DNA from: an uncultured virus (IMG/VR IMGVR_UViG_3300033997_000210)
Lineage: Duplodnaviria; Heunggongvirae; Uroviricota; Caudoviricetes
Virus record (IMG/VR): IMGVR_UViG_3300033997_000210
Length of the DNA: 64,000 nt
Reading direction: 5' to 3' (one strand)
Made by a program: the position numbers and the translations under genes. Shown piece by piece: positions 56,341 to 64,000 of the stretch (positions are counted from its first letter, which is position 1; each line of letters begins with the position of its first letter). The notes below the pieces were generated by a model. The model was not told where the DNA came from. It ran no database searches and saw only the letters and a program-made list of their open reading frames with translations.

Positions 56341-56648
56341 CAGTTCACCCCGCCGGGGTAGCTCTCGCCTGTGCGCAGCCACTGGAAGAAGCGCTCGGCC
56401 TCACCCTTGGCGAGCAGGTAGACGACGGTTCCGATCTGGATTCCCCCGGTAGCAGTCCGCAGCACATTGCGTGAGTGATGCGCGGTGAACGTCGCTGCGG
56501 TGTCCGACTCGATGTGTACCAAGGCCAGAAACAGAATCTTGTGCTGGTCGAAGGACGCGCGCAGGCCGAAGCCGGGGATCTGCGTTTCCAGCAGGATGAC
56601 CGGGTGCAGGCAAGGCTCTGGAATGGTGACGTTGGAAGGGGGCGCCAT
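56340..56648 (-). CDS. Hypothetical protein
   Basis: TGATG coupling at both ends. Confidence 0.6.
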   Translation of the reverse strand: MAPPSNVTIPEPCLHPVILLETQIPGFGLRASFDQHKILFLALVHIESDTAATFTAHHSRNVLRTATGGIQIGTVVYLLAKGEAERFFQWLRTGESYPGGVN

Positions 56649-56890
56649 CAGTGCACCGCCTTGTCGTCGGTGCCCGGCGCGTGGCCGTTGGCGTCACAGG
56701 TGGCGTTGTAGGCGGCAAGCACGTCGCCCAGGGTGACTGCGAGCGGGCACACACCGACGGCGAGCAGGCGGGTAATGAACGCCTGATACGCATCGTGGGG
56801 CCATTCGAGGGTGTCGGCGATCAGGCCGAAGGCGAGGGCAAGCTGACGCGCAGCAGGGTTGCCGGGCGTGGAAGGGGCACCGTGAGGCAC
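56648..56890 (-). CDS. Small protein under c4-type antisense control (icd/kil position)
   Basis: AGGAG SD overlaps the GTCAACAG target box; GTG start. Confidence 0.55.
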   Translation of the reverse strand: MPHGAPSTPGNPAARQLALAFGLIADTLEWPHDAYQAFITRLLAVGVCPLAVTLGDVLAAYNATCDANGHAPGTDDKAVH

Positions 56891-56956
56891 GGAGACGTCT
56901 CCTGTTGACGAGATTGGAAACCTCGGCGAGACGTTTCTACGCGACGCACCGAGGGT

Positions 56957-57036
56957 GTCGGGAGGGTAGAAACCGGTCAACAGTCCGGCGGGCAGTTTTC
57001 CCCTTGCGGGTGTTGTATAGCTGCCGCCCTCCCGAC
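56957..57036 (-). ncRNA. c4/CI-type antisense RNA
   Basis: Closing stem GTCGGGAGGG/CCCTCCCGAC. Contains CTGTTGAC and GTTTCTAC, complementary to boxes upstream (57106-57126) and downstream (56902-56940). Confidence 0.8.
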
Positions 57037-57216
57037 GCAGGAAAGCGTCGGTGCGCACGAAAAGCAGGCGCAAAAAAACCGCGATGCTGACGGGCGCGGA
57101 TACCGCTGTTGACTCGGAGTTTCTACGCTCCTTGCGGCAAATCCTGCTCCCCGTCCTTGGGGAAGTCAAGTAGAACTGTGTAGAAATGTGCGGATTGGTT
57201 GCAGCTGGGGACAGGT

Positions 57217-57423
57217 TCATGCGGACACCTGTGCAGCAGCGTGCGACGGCAGCACCACATAGGCGCCGCCACGTGCGATATGGGATTTCACCAAGTCGTG
57301 AAGCTCGGCGGCGTCGCGCTGCTTCTGCGCATATGACACGTACTCGACACGCGTTGGAGAGGTGACAAAGCTCGGCTCCATTGCCGAGGACCAGCCGTCA
57401 AATTGAGTCTTGTGGCGCATCAC
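57217..57423 (-). CDS. Hypothetical protein
   Basis: 68-aa ORF downstream of ogr. Confidence 0.5.
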   Translation of the reverse strand: MMRHKTQFDGWSSAMEPSFVTSPTRVEYVSYAQKQRDAAELHDLVKSHIARGGAYVVLPSHAAAQVSA

Positions 57424-57491
57424 AGGCGCAGCACTCCCTTGCTGGCGCCGGATGGCGCCAGGTCAGTGGTTGTGGAAGGGGGAAAGGTGCA

Positions 57492-57833
57492 TCAGACCGA
57501 GGGCTGATCGCCGTCGGGTGGACAGGATTCGATTGCGTCGATCCAGTCGGTTTGCAGCTCGCCCTGGTCCTGCTTCCAGCGCGTCTGCAGCATCGTTCGC
57601 TGGTAGTTGGGTGTTGGCGGCAGCTCGCAGGCTGGAGCGCTGGGGAGGCCGCTGGGGCTGGCCACGTTGGTCAGTTCCGAACTGCCGGTGTAGGTAGCAC
57701 CACACATCGGATTCGGGCAGACGTAGGCGTCAGTACGCAGGAACGGGTGTTGCAGGGCACTGGTGCGCTTCACCAGCCGGGCATTGCAGGCAGGGCAGCA
57801 GAACACAGCGCGCTGTCCGACTGTGGCACTCAT
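57492..57833 (-). CDS. ogr: Ogr/Delta zinc-finger activator
   Basis: CPACNA..VKRTS...YVCPNPMCGATY...ASPSG. Confidence 0.88.
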   Translation of the reverse strand: MSATVGQRAVFCCPACNARLVKRTSALQHPFLRTDAYVCPNPMCGATYTGSSELTNVASPSGLPSAPACELPPTPNYQRTMLQTRWKQDQGELQTDWIDAIESCPPDGDQPSV

Positions 57834-58147
57834 GCCTTACCCCGCGCCTTCTTCGCAACCTTCGACTTAACCGGGGCTTTGCCGGCAGTCTTCTTGACCG
57901 TGCGAATACGGGTGGAAACGGGTGATTCTGTGTGAGAATCACTGACGGCCTTCATGCCGAGCGCGACGGCAGCATCGTGGGTCTTTCCGATCCGGCACTT
58001 GCTGGTGCTGCGCAGGGCGTTGTTGACGGCGTGCCGGTCCAGTCCATGCAACTCCGCAAACGCGGGAACGGACAGGCCGTTGTCGATGAGCCACTGCCGG
58101 GCTTGTTCGGCAGTGCGTAGCGCAGTGGTACGTCGTTTGGCGTTCAT
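57830..58147 (-). CDS. Cox/Ner-like DNA-binding protein
   Basis: RTAEQARQWL..NGLSVPAFA...GKTHDAAVALGMK. Confidence 0.8.
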   Translation of the reverse strand: MNAKRRTTALRTAEQARQWLIDNGLSVPAFAELHGLDRHAVNNALRSTSKCRIGKTHDAAVALGMKAVSDSHTESPVSTRIRTVKKTAGKAPVKSKVAKKARGKA

Positions 58148-58217
58148 TCCGTTTCCGCTGTGTATTTCTAAGCGGAATGGTGGTGAAGTTAACTACACCT
58201 GTCAAGGGGGAAATTGC

Positions 58218-58649
58218 GTGTCTGTAGGTATTCGCCTGAAAGAAGAACGGAAGCGGCTGGGTCTGACCCAGGAGGCCATGGGACTGGCCTGCGGTGTTGC
58301 CAAGCGCACGCAGATCCTGTTCGAGCAAGACGCACACCTGCCCGGTGGCGCCTACTTCGTTGCGGCCGATGAACTCGGCGTCGATGTGACCTATGTGCTG
58401 GTCGGCCGGCGTGATCGCCTTGCCGAGGCCGACGTGGATCTGCTCGATGCGTGGCGCGGTGCGTCGGCTTCGGCACGCTCCGCCGTCATGGCAGCGCTGC
58501 GTGGCGTTGCGGCGGCTACGCCGGCGGCAGCGCCCCGTACTTCGTTCGAGAACACCAGCATCGGCCAGCAGATCAGCGGTGACGTGGATCTGCGTGGGCA
58601 AAAGGTTGTTGTCAAGGCGCCTAAAGCATCAAAGAAACCCAGCCGATAA
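58218..58649 (+). CDS. XRE-family immunity repressor of prophage 2
   Basis: GIRLKEERKRLGLTQ...GVDVTYVLVG; GTG start; divergent from the cox-like gene. Confidence 0.88.
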   Translation: MSVGIRLKEERKRLGLTQEAMGLACGVAKRTQILFEQDAHLPGGAYFVAADELGVDVTYVLVGRRDRLAEADVDLLDAWRGASASARSAVMAALRGVAAATPAAAPRTSFENTSIGQQISGDVDLRGQKVVVKAPKASKKPSR

Positions 58650-58730
58650 CGCTCACGCCGCGCTCTATTCAGGCCGCTAACTCACATCGCAAGAGGCGCC
58701 GGTGTGGCGCGCTATACGGTGTGATGGATT

Positions 58731-59102
58731 ATGAGTTGCGGTGATGGTGTGGAGCGTGGTGCGGCTACGTGCGTTTGCAAGGGTCAGACCGTGTTTGAAG
58801 GGGCCGTGATCGGCCAGGTGTTTACGGGCGACGTGCAGATGCAGTGCCCACACGCGGAGCATCACCGCTTCGCACAGAACGAAACAGAAAGGGCGCCCAC
58901 GGAAACGGGGCGCCCTTTGTCCACTGCGTTGATCGCGCTGGCGATCTGGCAGGCAACCTACCCAACCCCGAGCATTGAAGCTGCGTGCGGCTCGACACTC
59001 CCACACGCGGCGTTGTTCCTGATCGCGGGTGCTGCCACGCGCTACCTCAAGCCGATGGTTCTGCGCTGGCTTCGCCGCCGCGTTCAAGTTCTAAGGCGGT
59101 AA
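58731..59102 (+). CDS. Hypothetical membrane protein
   Basis: Two hydrophobic segments; downstream of the repressor. Confidence 0.5.
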   Translation: MSCGDGVERGAATCVCKGQTVFEGAVIGQVFTGDVQMQCPHAEHHRFAQNETERAPTETGRPLSTALIALAIWQATYPTPSIEAACGSTLPHAALFLIAGAATRYLKPMVLRWLRRRVQVLRR

Positions 59103-60066
59103 CGAAGCCGCCGCTGGCGTCGATGGTATGCGTGGCCTTGGCCACCAGCCAGTCGGTGCCATCAATCTCCGGTTTGAAGCCGCTGACGTTGACCGTCTGC
59201 TCCGGGTAGATATCGGCGCGTCCAACAGCGAGCCGGTAGCTCAGCTGCGCGGTGCCTCGGTCCAGACGCTTGAACTCGGCCTCGGCGTGCTGCCGGGCTT
59301 CGTCTGCGGTGGCATACGTGGCCTGCAGCTTCTTTTCGTTCTCGGACGTGCCCACCAGCACGCCCGTGCGACGCGCTGCCTTGCGGTCGCCCCAGTACGC
59401 GCGAACGCCAGTGAACTTCTCGCGGTCAGCAACGCTGTAGCGGTGCTGGTCACCCGACGCGCGCGTGATCCGCACGCCAGGCAGCGGCTGGCCGCTGGCG
59501 GTGGTGCCTGCACCGATGGGCGCAAAGATCAGCGTTCCAGCCTTCACCGTGGCCACCGCGTCGAAGCGCTTGCCCAAGCGCGTGAGCAGGTTGATGTCGC
59601 TCTCGTTGGCTTGATCGAGGTGGGCAATGGCAACGCCCGCCAGATCCGCGGCCACGGACGTGCGCAGCGAATGCTCGCCCGCAATGGCGCTGAGAATGTC
59701 GCCCAGGGTGGTGTCGTGCCAACTGCGTTCGCGGCGCCGGCGAGTCGCGCCGGTCAGATCGGCCGAACGCGCCCGAATCGTGATGATGTCGGGCGAGCCG
59801 CTGTGTTCTACGTCATCGACCTTGAAGGTGCCCTTGTCGAACAGGCCACTGCCTTCGTAGCCGATGGCCACCTGCAGGGTGACGCCCCGGCGAGGCAGGG
59901 CCAGCCTGCCGTCATGGTCGTGCACGCGCAGATCGACCTGGTCGGCTTCGTCGCCACGGCTTTCGGTCAGGGACAGATCCAGCAGGCGCGGGGCCAGCCG
60001 TTCGGTCAGATCCACGCCGTCGAGGACGACCCGCCACGCGGGGATCGGGTACGGGCTGGCCCTCAT
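59047..60066 (-). CDS. P2 gpD-like late control/tail protein
   Basis: RGDEADQ..., DQANESDINLLTRL. Confidence 0.92.
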   Translation of the reverse strand: MRASPYPIPAWRVVLDGVDLTERLAPRLLDLSLTESRGDEADQVDLRVHDHDGRLALPRRGVTLQVAIGYEGSGLFDKGTFKVDDVEHSGSPDIITIRARSADLTGATRRRRERSWHDTTLGDILSAIAGEHSLRTSVAADLAGVAIAHLDQANESDINLLTRLGKRFDAVATVKAGTLIFAPIGAGTTASGQPLPGVRITRASGDQHRYSVADREKFTGVRAYWGDRKAARRTGVLVGTSENEKKLQATYATADEARQHAEAEFKRLDRGTAQLSYRLAVGRADIYPEQTVNVSGFKPEIDGTDWLVAKATHTIDASGGFVTALELERGGEASAEPSA

Positions 60067-60461
60067 GCGATGGTCTCGCTTGCGCCGTCGTCGTCGCGTT
60101 CCAACTGCATCTGGAAGTCGATCAGGCGCGGCGTGCCGTCGCTAAACAGCTCGCGTCGCGTTTCGCTGAGGCTGGTCAGCAGGTAGGCACCGTAGACACG
60201 GCCCGTTCCCTCCACCAGCGCCTGCGGTTTGCCTTGGTCGGCCAGCTCGCGCAGCTTGTCCAGCACCTGCAGGTCGGTGGCCAGCTCGCCGGCGATGGTT
60301 CCCTGCAGGCTGATGGTGTCATCGCCCGGCCCGACGTACTGCCGGACTGCGCGGGCGCCCACGCGGTCGCTGCTGGCGTGCCGCCAGGTCATCTGGCGCT
60401 GCAGCTCGCCGTAGGCGGCGGTGGAGAGAGAGAACACGAACGTGCCCCAGGTCATCATCAT
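60063..60461 (-). CDS. P2 gpU-like tail protein
   Basis: GTFVFSLST...QYVGPGDDTISLQG. Confidence 0.92.
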   Translation of the reverse strand: MMMTWGTFVFSLSTAAYGELQRQMTWRHASSDRVGARAVRQYVGPGDDTISLQGTIAGELATDLQVLDKLRELADQGKPQALVEGTGRVYGAYLLTSLSETRRELFSDGTPRLIDFQMQLERDDDGASETIA

Positions 60462-60472
60462 GGTGGTGGTCC

Positions 60473-63400
60473 TCAGTCGCTGAGCCGGGCACCGCGTCGG
60501 GTGGCCTTGTCGCGCTCGATCTGTTCAATGGCCTGCCGCACCAGATCCGCAATCTCGCGGGAGTCGGCGCCGGACGGCGGTTGGATGTTGATGGTGTAGC
60601 TGGAAGCGCCTGTGCTGCCCGCTGCGGCCTGCGGAGCCGCCGGGGCCATCACCGGAGCGGCTGCGGCCATGACGGGCAACGCAGCGGCGCCCAGCGCGAA
60701 TCCGGCCGATGCTTGGCGCAGCTTGTCGCCGCTGGCGGTAGCGCGTGCGGTGTCAGCGGTGTTGCCCAGGCGCGCAATGCGCTGCTCGCGCAGCTGGTCC
60801 AGTCGGGTCGGCCCGGCTGCGCTGTTGGCCGCAGGCTCCTGCATGCGCTGGGTCATGCCGGCGCTGATCCGTGTCACGCGCTCGCCGCCAACCGCTGCTG
60901 CACGCAGGCGGTCACGGCTGGCGGTGGCACGTTCGGTATCGGCGTCCGAGCCGTTGCGGGCGATGCGTCGCTGCCGCAGTTCATCAAGGCGGCTGGCTGA
61001 TTCGGCAGTGCCGCCCACGCCCGCCTGCTGCATGCGCTCGCTCATGCCGGCACCAGCCTGCGTGATGCGGTCGCCAACGTTGGTCACCTGCTGCAACGGC
61101 TCGCCCTGGCTCCGGTCGATGCCGCCGGCCAGGCCCTGCATGGTGAAGTCACCGAACTGCGCGAACACGCGCGACGGGCTGTGGATGCCCAGCAGACCCT
61201 TGAAGCGATCCATCACGCCCGAGGCGATGTTGGCCACCGCATCCATCGCTGCGCTGCCGCTGGACGTGATGCCGTTGACCAAGCCCTGCACCATGTCGAT
61301 GCCGGCCTGCATCATCCTCGCTGGCCAGCCGAGCAGGATCTGATTGGCGCCGTCCCACATGGCCGTCAGGCCCGACCGGATCTTGTCCCCGTTGAGGGTG
61401 AACAGGCCGACGATCAGCTGCCATGCGCCCTGCAGGTACGTCCACGCGCCGCCGACGGCGTTCTGGATGATCGGCAGCATGAAGGTGAACGCCTTCACCA
61501 GCCAGCCGACAGCGACGACGGCCATGCGCAGGTTGACGGTCAGCACCTGGCCCAGCACCTGGCCAAAGCCACGGCCGGCAGTGGTGGCGCCCTGCAGCTG
61601 CTCGCTGGTGGCCTTGAAGGGGGTGAACAGCTTCTGCACCCATGCCCAGGCTTTGCCCATGGCATCGGACACCTGCGCCCACACCGGCCCCAGCGGTTCC
61701 AGCGCGGTCATCAGCTCGGCCATGATCGGGTTGACCACATCGAGCACGCCCTGCCACACGCCGATCATGAACGCCTTGATCGGCTCCCAGTATTTCCAGA
61801 CCAGCGCGGCTACAACGGCCACAGCGGCGCCGATGGCCAGCACCGGCAGGCTGATGCCGCCGAGCATCGGCAGCAGCATGCGGCCGACGTTGAGCAGCAT
61901 GGGGAAGGCCCTGCCACCCAACGACAACACCTGGCCAACCAGCCGGCCGATGCCACCGCCGCCGCTGAGCAGCATCGTGGCCTTGTGGATCTGTGTCAGC
62001 GCCATGGCGCCCACACCGCCAGCGACCAGCAGGCCGCCCAGCGCAGCGGCCAGGGCGGTACCGCCGATGGCCAGCTTGGCGATGGTGGCCACCAGCGCCG
62101 GGTTCTTGGTCACCCACTCGGCCACCCGGTCGGCGACCTTGGCCACGCGCGCGGCCAGTTCCTTGACCGTCGGCAGCAGGGTCTTGCCCAGGCGCTGCGA
62201 AAGCACGGTGGCGCTGTTCTTGAGCAGGATCAAACCGTTTTCTGCCGTGCCCACACGCGCGGCATATTCGGCGTTCATCGAACCGCCGTACTTCTGTTCG
62301 TCAGCGACCTTGCCCAGATTGCCCTTGAGCAATTCAAGGTTGGTCAGCAGCGGCGCGATCGCACCGATCGACTCGCGGCCAAACAGCTGCGTCATCGTCG
62401 CAGCTTGCTCGGCCTTGGGCAGTTGCTTGAGCTTTTCCAGCACCTGCAGGATGGCGCCGCCGGCGTCGTCCTGCATCGCCTTGGCCATATCGCCGGCCTT
62501 CAACCCCAGCTTGTCGAACGCGGCCACCTGCCGAGACGTTGCCGCCTCGCCCGAGGACAGCGTGAGCAGCATGTTCTTAATGCCGGTGGCCGACACTTCG
62601 GACTCAATGCCCATGCCGGCGACGGTGGCGCCAAGAGCCGCCAGCGGGCCGCTGCCGAGGCCGGCGACCTCGCCCAGCGCACCGATGCGGTTCACCACCT
62701 CGCTGATCTTCTGGACGCTGGCCGGGCCGGTGTTGCCCAGGTAGTTGATTTTGTCGGCCAGCACGACAACGTCGTCCTGCCCCATACGGAATGCGGTACG
62801 CCATGTGGCCATCGTCTGGCCGGCGTCTTCGGCCGTCGTGTCGAAGGCCACGCCCATCTTGGCTGCGTCCTCGGCGAACCGGGTCAGCTCGTTGCTGGCG
62901 ATGCCAGCCTGGCCGGCGGCGGCGACGATCTTGGCGATGTCGGTGGGCACCATGGGCAGGCGGCGCGACAGTTCCTCAATGTCGCGGCCCATCTTCTCGA
63001 AGCCGTCCGGTGTGTCGAAGTCGACCACCTTTTTCACGTCGGCCATGGCCGACTCGAAGCTCATGGCCTGCGCGATGGGCAGCGTCTGCGCACGCAGGGC
63101 GCCGAACGCAGCCAACGCCACGCCGGTGCCGTGTGCGGCGGCGTTCATGCCGGCGCTGTGGATCTTGCGGCTACGGGCCTGCGCCGCATCGAGCGCAGCC
63201 AAGCGAGTGCGCTGCGCCTCCATCTGCGTCGAGACTGCGGCGATTTCGCCACGCAGCTTGCGCTCATGCGTCCCCAGCTGCCGCGTGCTGATACCGGCGC
63301 GGTCCAGACTGCCACGCAGGCGCTGCAGCTCCACCGACTGCTGCTGGTGCTGGCCCTTGAGCTGTGCAGCTGCAGCCTTGGCCTGCGCGAACTCGCGGCT

Positions 63401-63682
63401 CAGCTTGCGGGTGGGGGTGCCAGCCTCTTGGATCTGACGGGCCAGAGCGGCGACGCGCAGCTGCGCGGCCAGGTGGCTCTGTTCGGTGGCGCGCACCGCC
63501 TGCTGCTGCTGGCGGTAGGCCGCAACGTCCCGCTGGGCGGCATTGAGGCGGCGCAGGTTGGTCTGTTGTTCCTGCAGGGCGGTGGACAGGCCCTTGCTGC
63601 CGGCCATGACCTTCTTGAACGGGGCGCTGGCACGGTCGAGCGCTTCCAGCACCACCTGCAGGCGAAGGTTGCCGCCGCTCAT
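60473..63682 (-). CDS. P2 gpT-like tape measure protein
   Basis: FESAMADVKKVVDF and LGIHSPSRVF motifs. Confidence 0.93.
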   Translation of the reverse strand: MSGGNLRLQVVLEALDRASAPFKKVMAGSKGLSTALQEQQTNLRRLNAAQRDVAAYRQQQQAVRATEQSHLAAQLRVAALARQIQEAGTPTRKLSREFAQAKAAAAQLKGQHQQQSVELQRLRGSLDRAGISTRQLGTHERKLRGEIAAVSTQMEAQRTRLAALDAAQARSRKIHSAGMNAAAHGTGVALAAFGALRAQTLPIAQAMSFESAMADVKKVVDFDTPDGFEKMGRDIEELSRRLPMVPTDIAKIVAAAGQAGIASNELTRFAEDAAKMGVAFDTTAEDAGQTMATWRTAFRMGQDDVVVLADKINYLGNTGPASVQKISEVVNRIGALGEVAGLGSGPLAALGATVAGMGIESEVSATGIKNMLLTLSSGEAATSRQVAAFDKLGLKAGDMAKAMQDDAGGAILQVLEKLKQLPKAEQAATMTQLFGRESIGAIAPLLTNLELLKGNLGKVADEQKYGGSMNAEYAARVGTAENGLILLKNSATVLSQRLGKTLLPTVKELAARVAKVADRVAEWVTKNPALVATIAKLAIGGTALAAALGGLLVAGGVGAMALTQIHKATMLLSGGGGIGRLVGQVLSLGGRAFPMLLNVGRMLLPMLGGISLPVLAIGAAVAVVAALVWKYWEPIKAFMIGVWQGVLDVVNPIMAELMTALEPLGPVWAQVSDAMGKAWAWVQKLFTPFKATSEQLQGATTAGRGFGQVLGQVLTVNLRMAVVAVGWLVKAFTFMLPIIQNAVGGAWTYLQGAWQLIVGLFTLNGDKIRSGLTAMWDGANQILLGWPARMMQAGIDMVQGLVNGITSSGSAAMDAVANIASGVMDRFKGLLGIHSPSRVFAQFGDFTMQGLAGGIDRSQGEPLQQVTNVGDRITQAGAGMSERMQQAGVGGTAESASRLDELRQRRIARNGSDADTERATASRDRLRAAAVGGERVTRISAGMTQRMQEPAANSAAGPTRLDQLREQRIARLGNTADTARATASGDKLRQASAGFALGAAALPVMAAAAPVMAPAAPQAAAGSTGASSYTINIQPPSGADSREIADLVRQAIEQIERDKATRRGARLSD

Positions 63683-63704
63683 GCGACGACAACCGATGCG
63701 CGTG

Positions 63705-63842
63705 TTACGGCGTCGTGGTATCCGTGGGATCGGCTACCAGCGCGGCCAGGAAGCGGCACCCAGCGCTGAACGCCCACACCAGCAGCCCGCCGACCGTGGC
63801 CAGCAGGAACAGCGCAAAGACGATGGCGATAAGGGTGTCCAT
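63705..63842 (-). CDS. 45-aa membrane micro-protein between gpE' and gpT
   Basis: MDTLIAIVFALFLLATVGGLLVWAFSAGCRFLAALVADPTDTTTP; extended -10 (TGaTACAGT) ends 6 nt upstream. Confidence 0.6.
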   Translation of the reverse strand: MDTLIAIVFALFLLATVGGLLVWAFSAGCRFLAALVADPTDTTTP

Positions 63843-63854
63843 GGGCGGACTGTA

Positions 63855-63971
63855 TCACTGCTGGGCTCCACTTCGTTCATAGGCGCGCTGGCGCCACTGG
63901 ATCAGTTCAGACAGGGAGAGGGCCGACAGCTCGGTGAGGGTGAAGGAGAAAATCACCGCGATATCGGCCAT
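63855..63971 (-). CDS. P2 gpE'-like tail chaperone extension
   Basis: MADIAVIFSF...LSLSELIQWRQRAYERSG. Confidence 0.8.
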   Translation of the reverse strand: MADIAVIFSFTLTELSALSLSELIQWRQRAYERSGAQQ

Positions 63972-64000
63972 CAGATCCTCTACGCAGGCAGGGATTCCTT

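Larger units (their letters stand above)
48780..64000. mobile_element. Prophage 2: P2-like prophage, continues beyond the window
   Basis: Own integrase next to the att core; ogr and gpD, gpU, gpT, gpE' tail genes. Confidence 0.92.

Noticed and set aside
61181..63769. 862-aa + strand ORF and other long antisense ORFs (22067-23827, 34125-36029, 36099-37688, 54444-55865)
   Set aside because: Shadow ORFs opposite well-supported genes in high-GC DNA.

Overview
High-GC gammaproteobacterial DNA, probably Xanthomonadaceae (Stenotrophomonas/Xanthomonas-like; inferred from a Xanthomonas/Xylella-type LexA box). Two prophages sit in tandem at one tRNA-Ile2(CAT) gene (70-145). Prophage 1 (about 101-48779) is an apparently complete 48.6 kb lambdoid siphophage bounded by a 46-bp att repeat. 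It carries early-left genes, a cI/cro switch with five visible operators, replication, lysis, lambda-type head and tail genes, SRAP and umuDC, a DprA+PRTase (ShosTA-like) defence pair, several morons and a tyrosine integrase. Prophage 2 (48780 to beyond the window end) is a P2-like element with an integrase, a Dcm methylase, a PAPS-reductase-like gene, a toprim primase-helicase, a c4-type antisense RNA cassette, ogr, a repressor and tail genes D/U/T/E'. The most striking unexplained element is just inside attL: two copies of an 8-codon micro-ORF (MREVVGGF), each with its own Shine-Dalgarno and differing only at synonymous sites, then an intrinsic terminator, then a membrane-anchored DUF4760-like gene. 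This is a candidate peptide-antitoxin or peptide-gated defence system. All protein family calls come from motif recognition by eye; no database searches were run.
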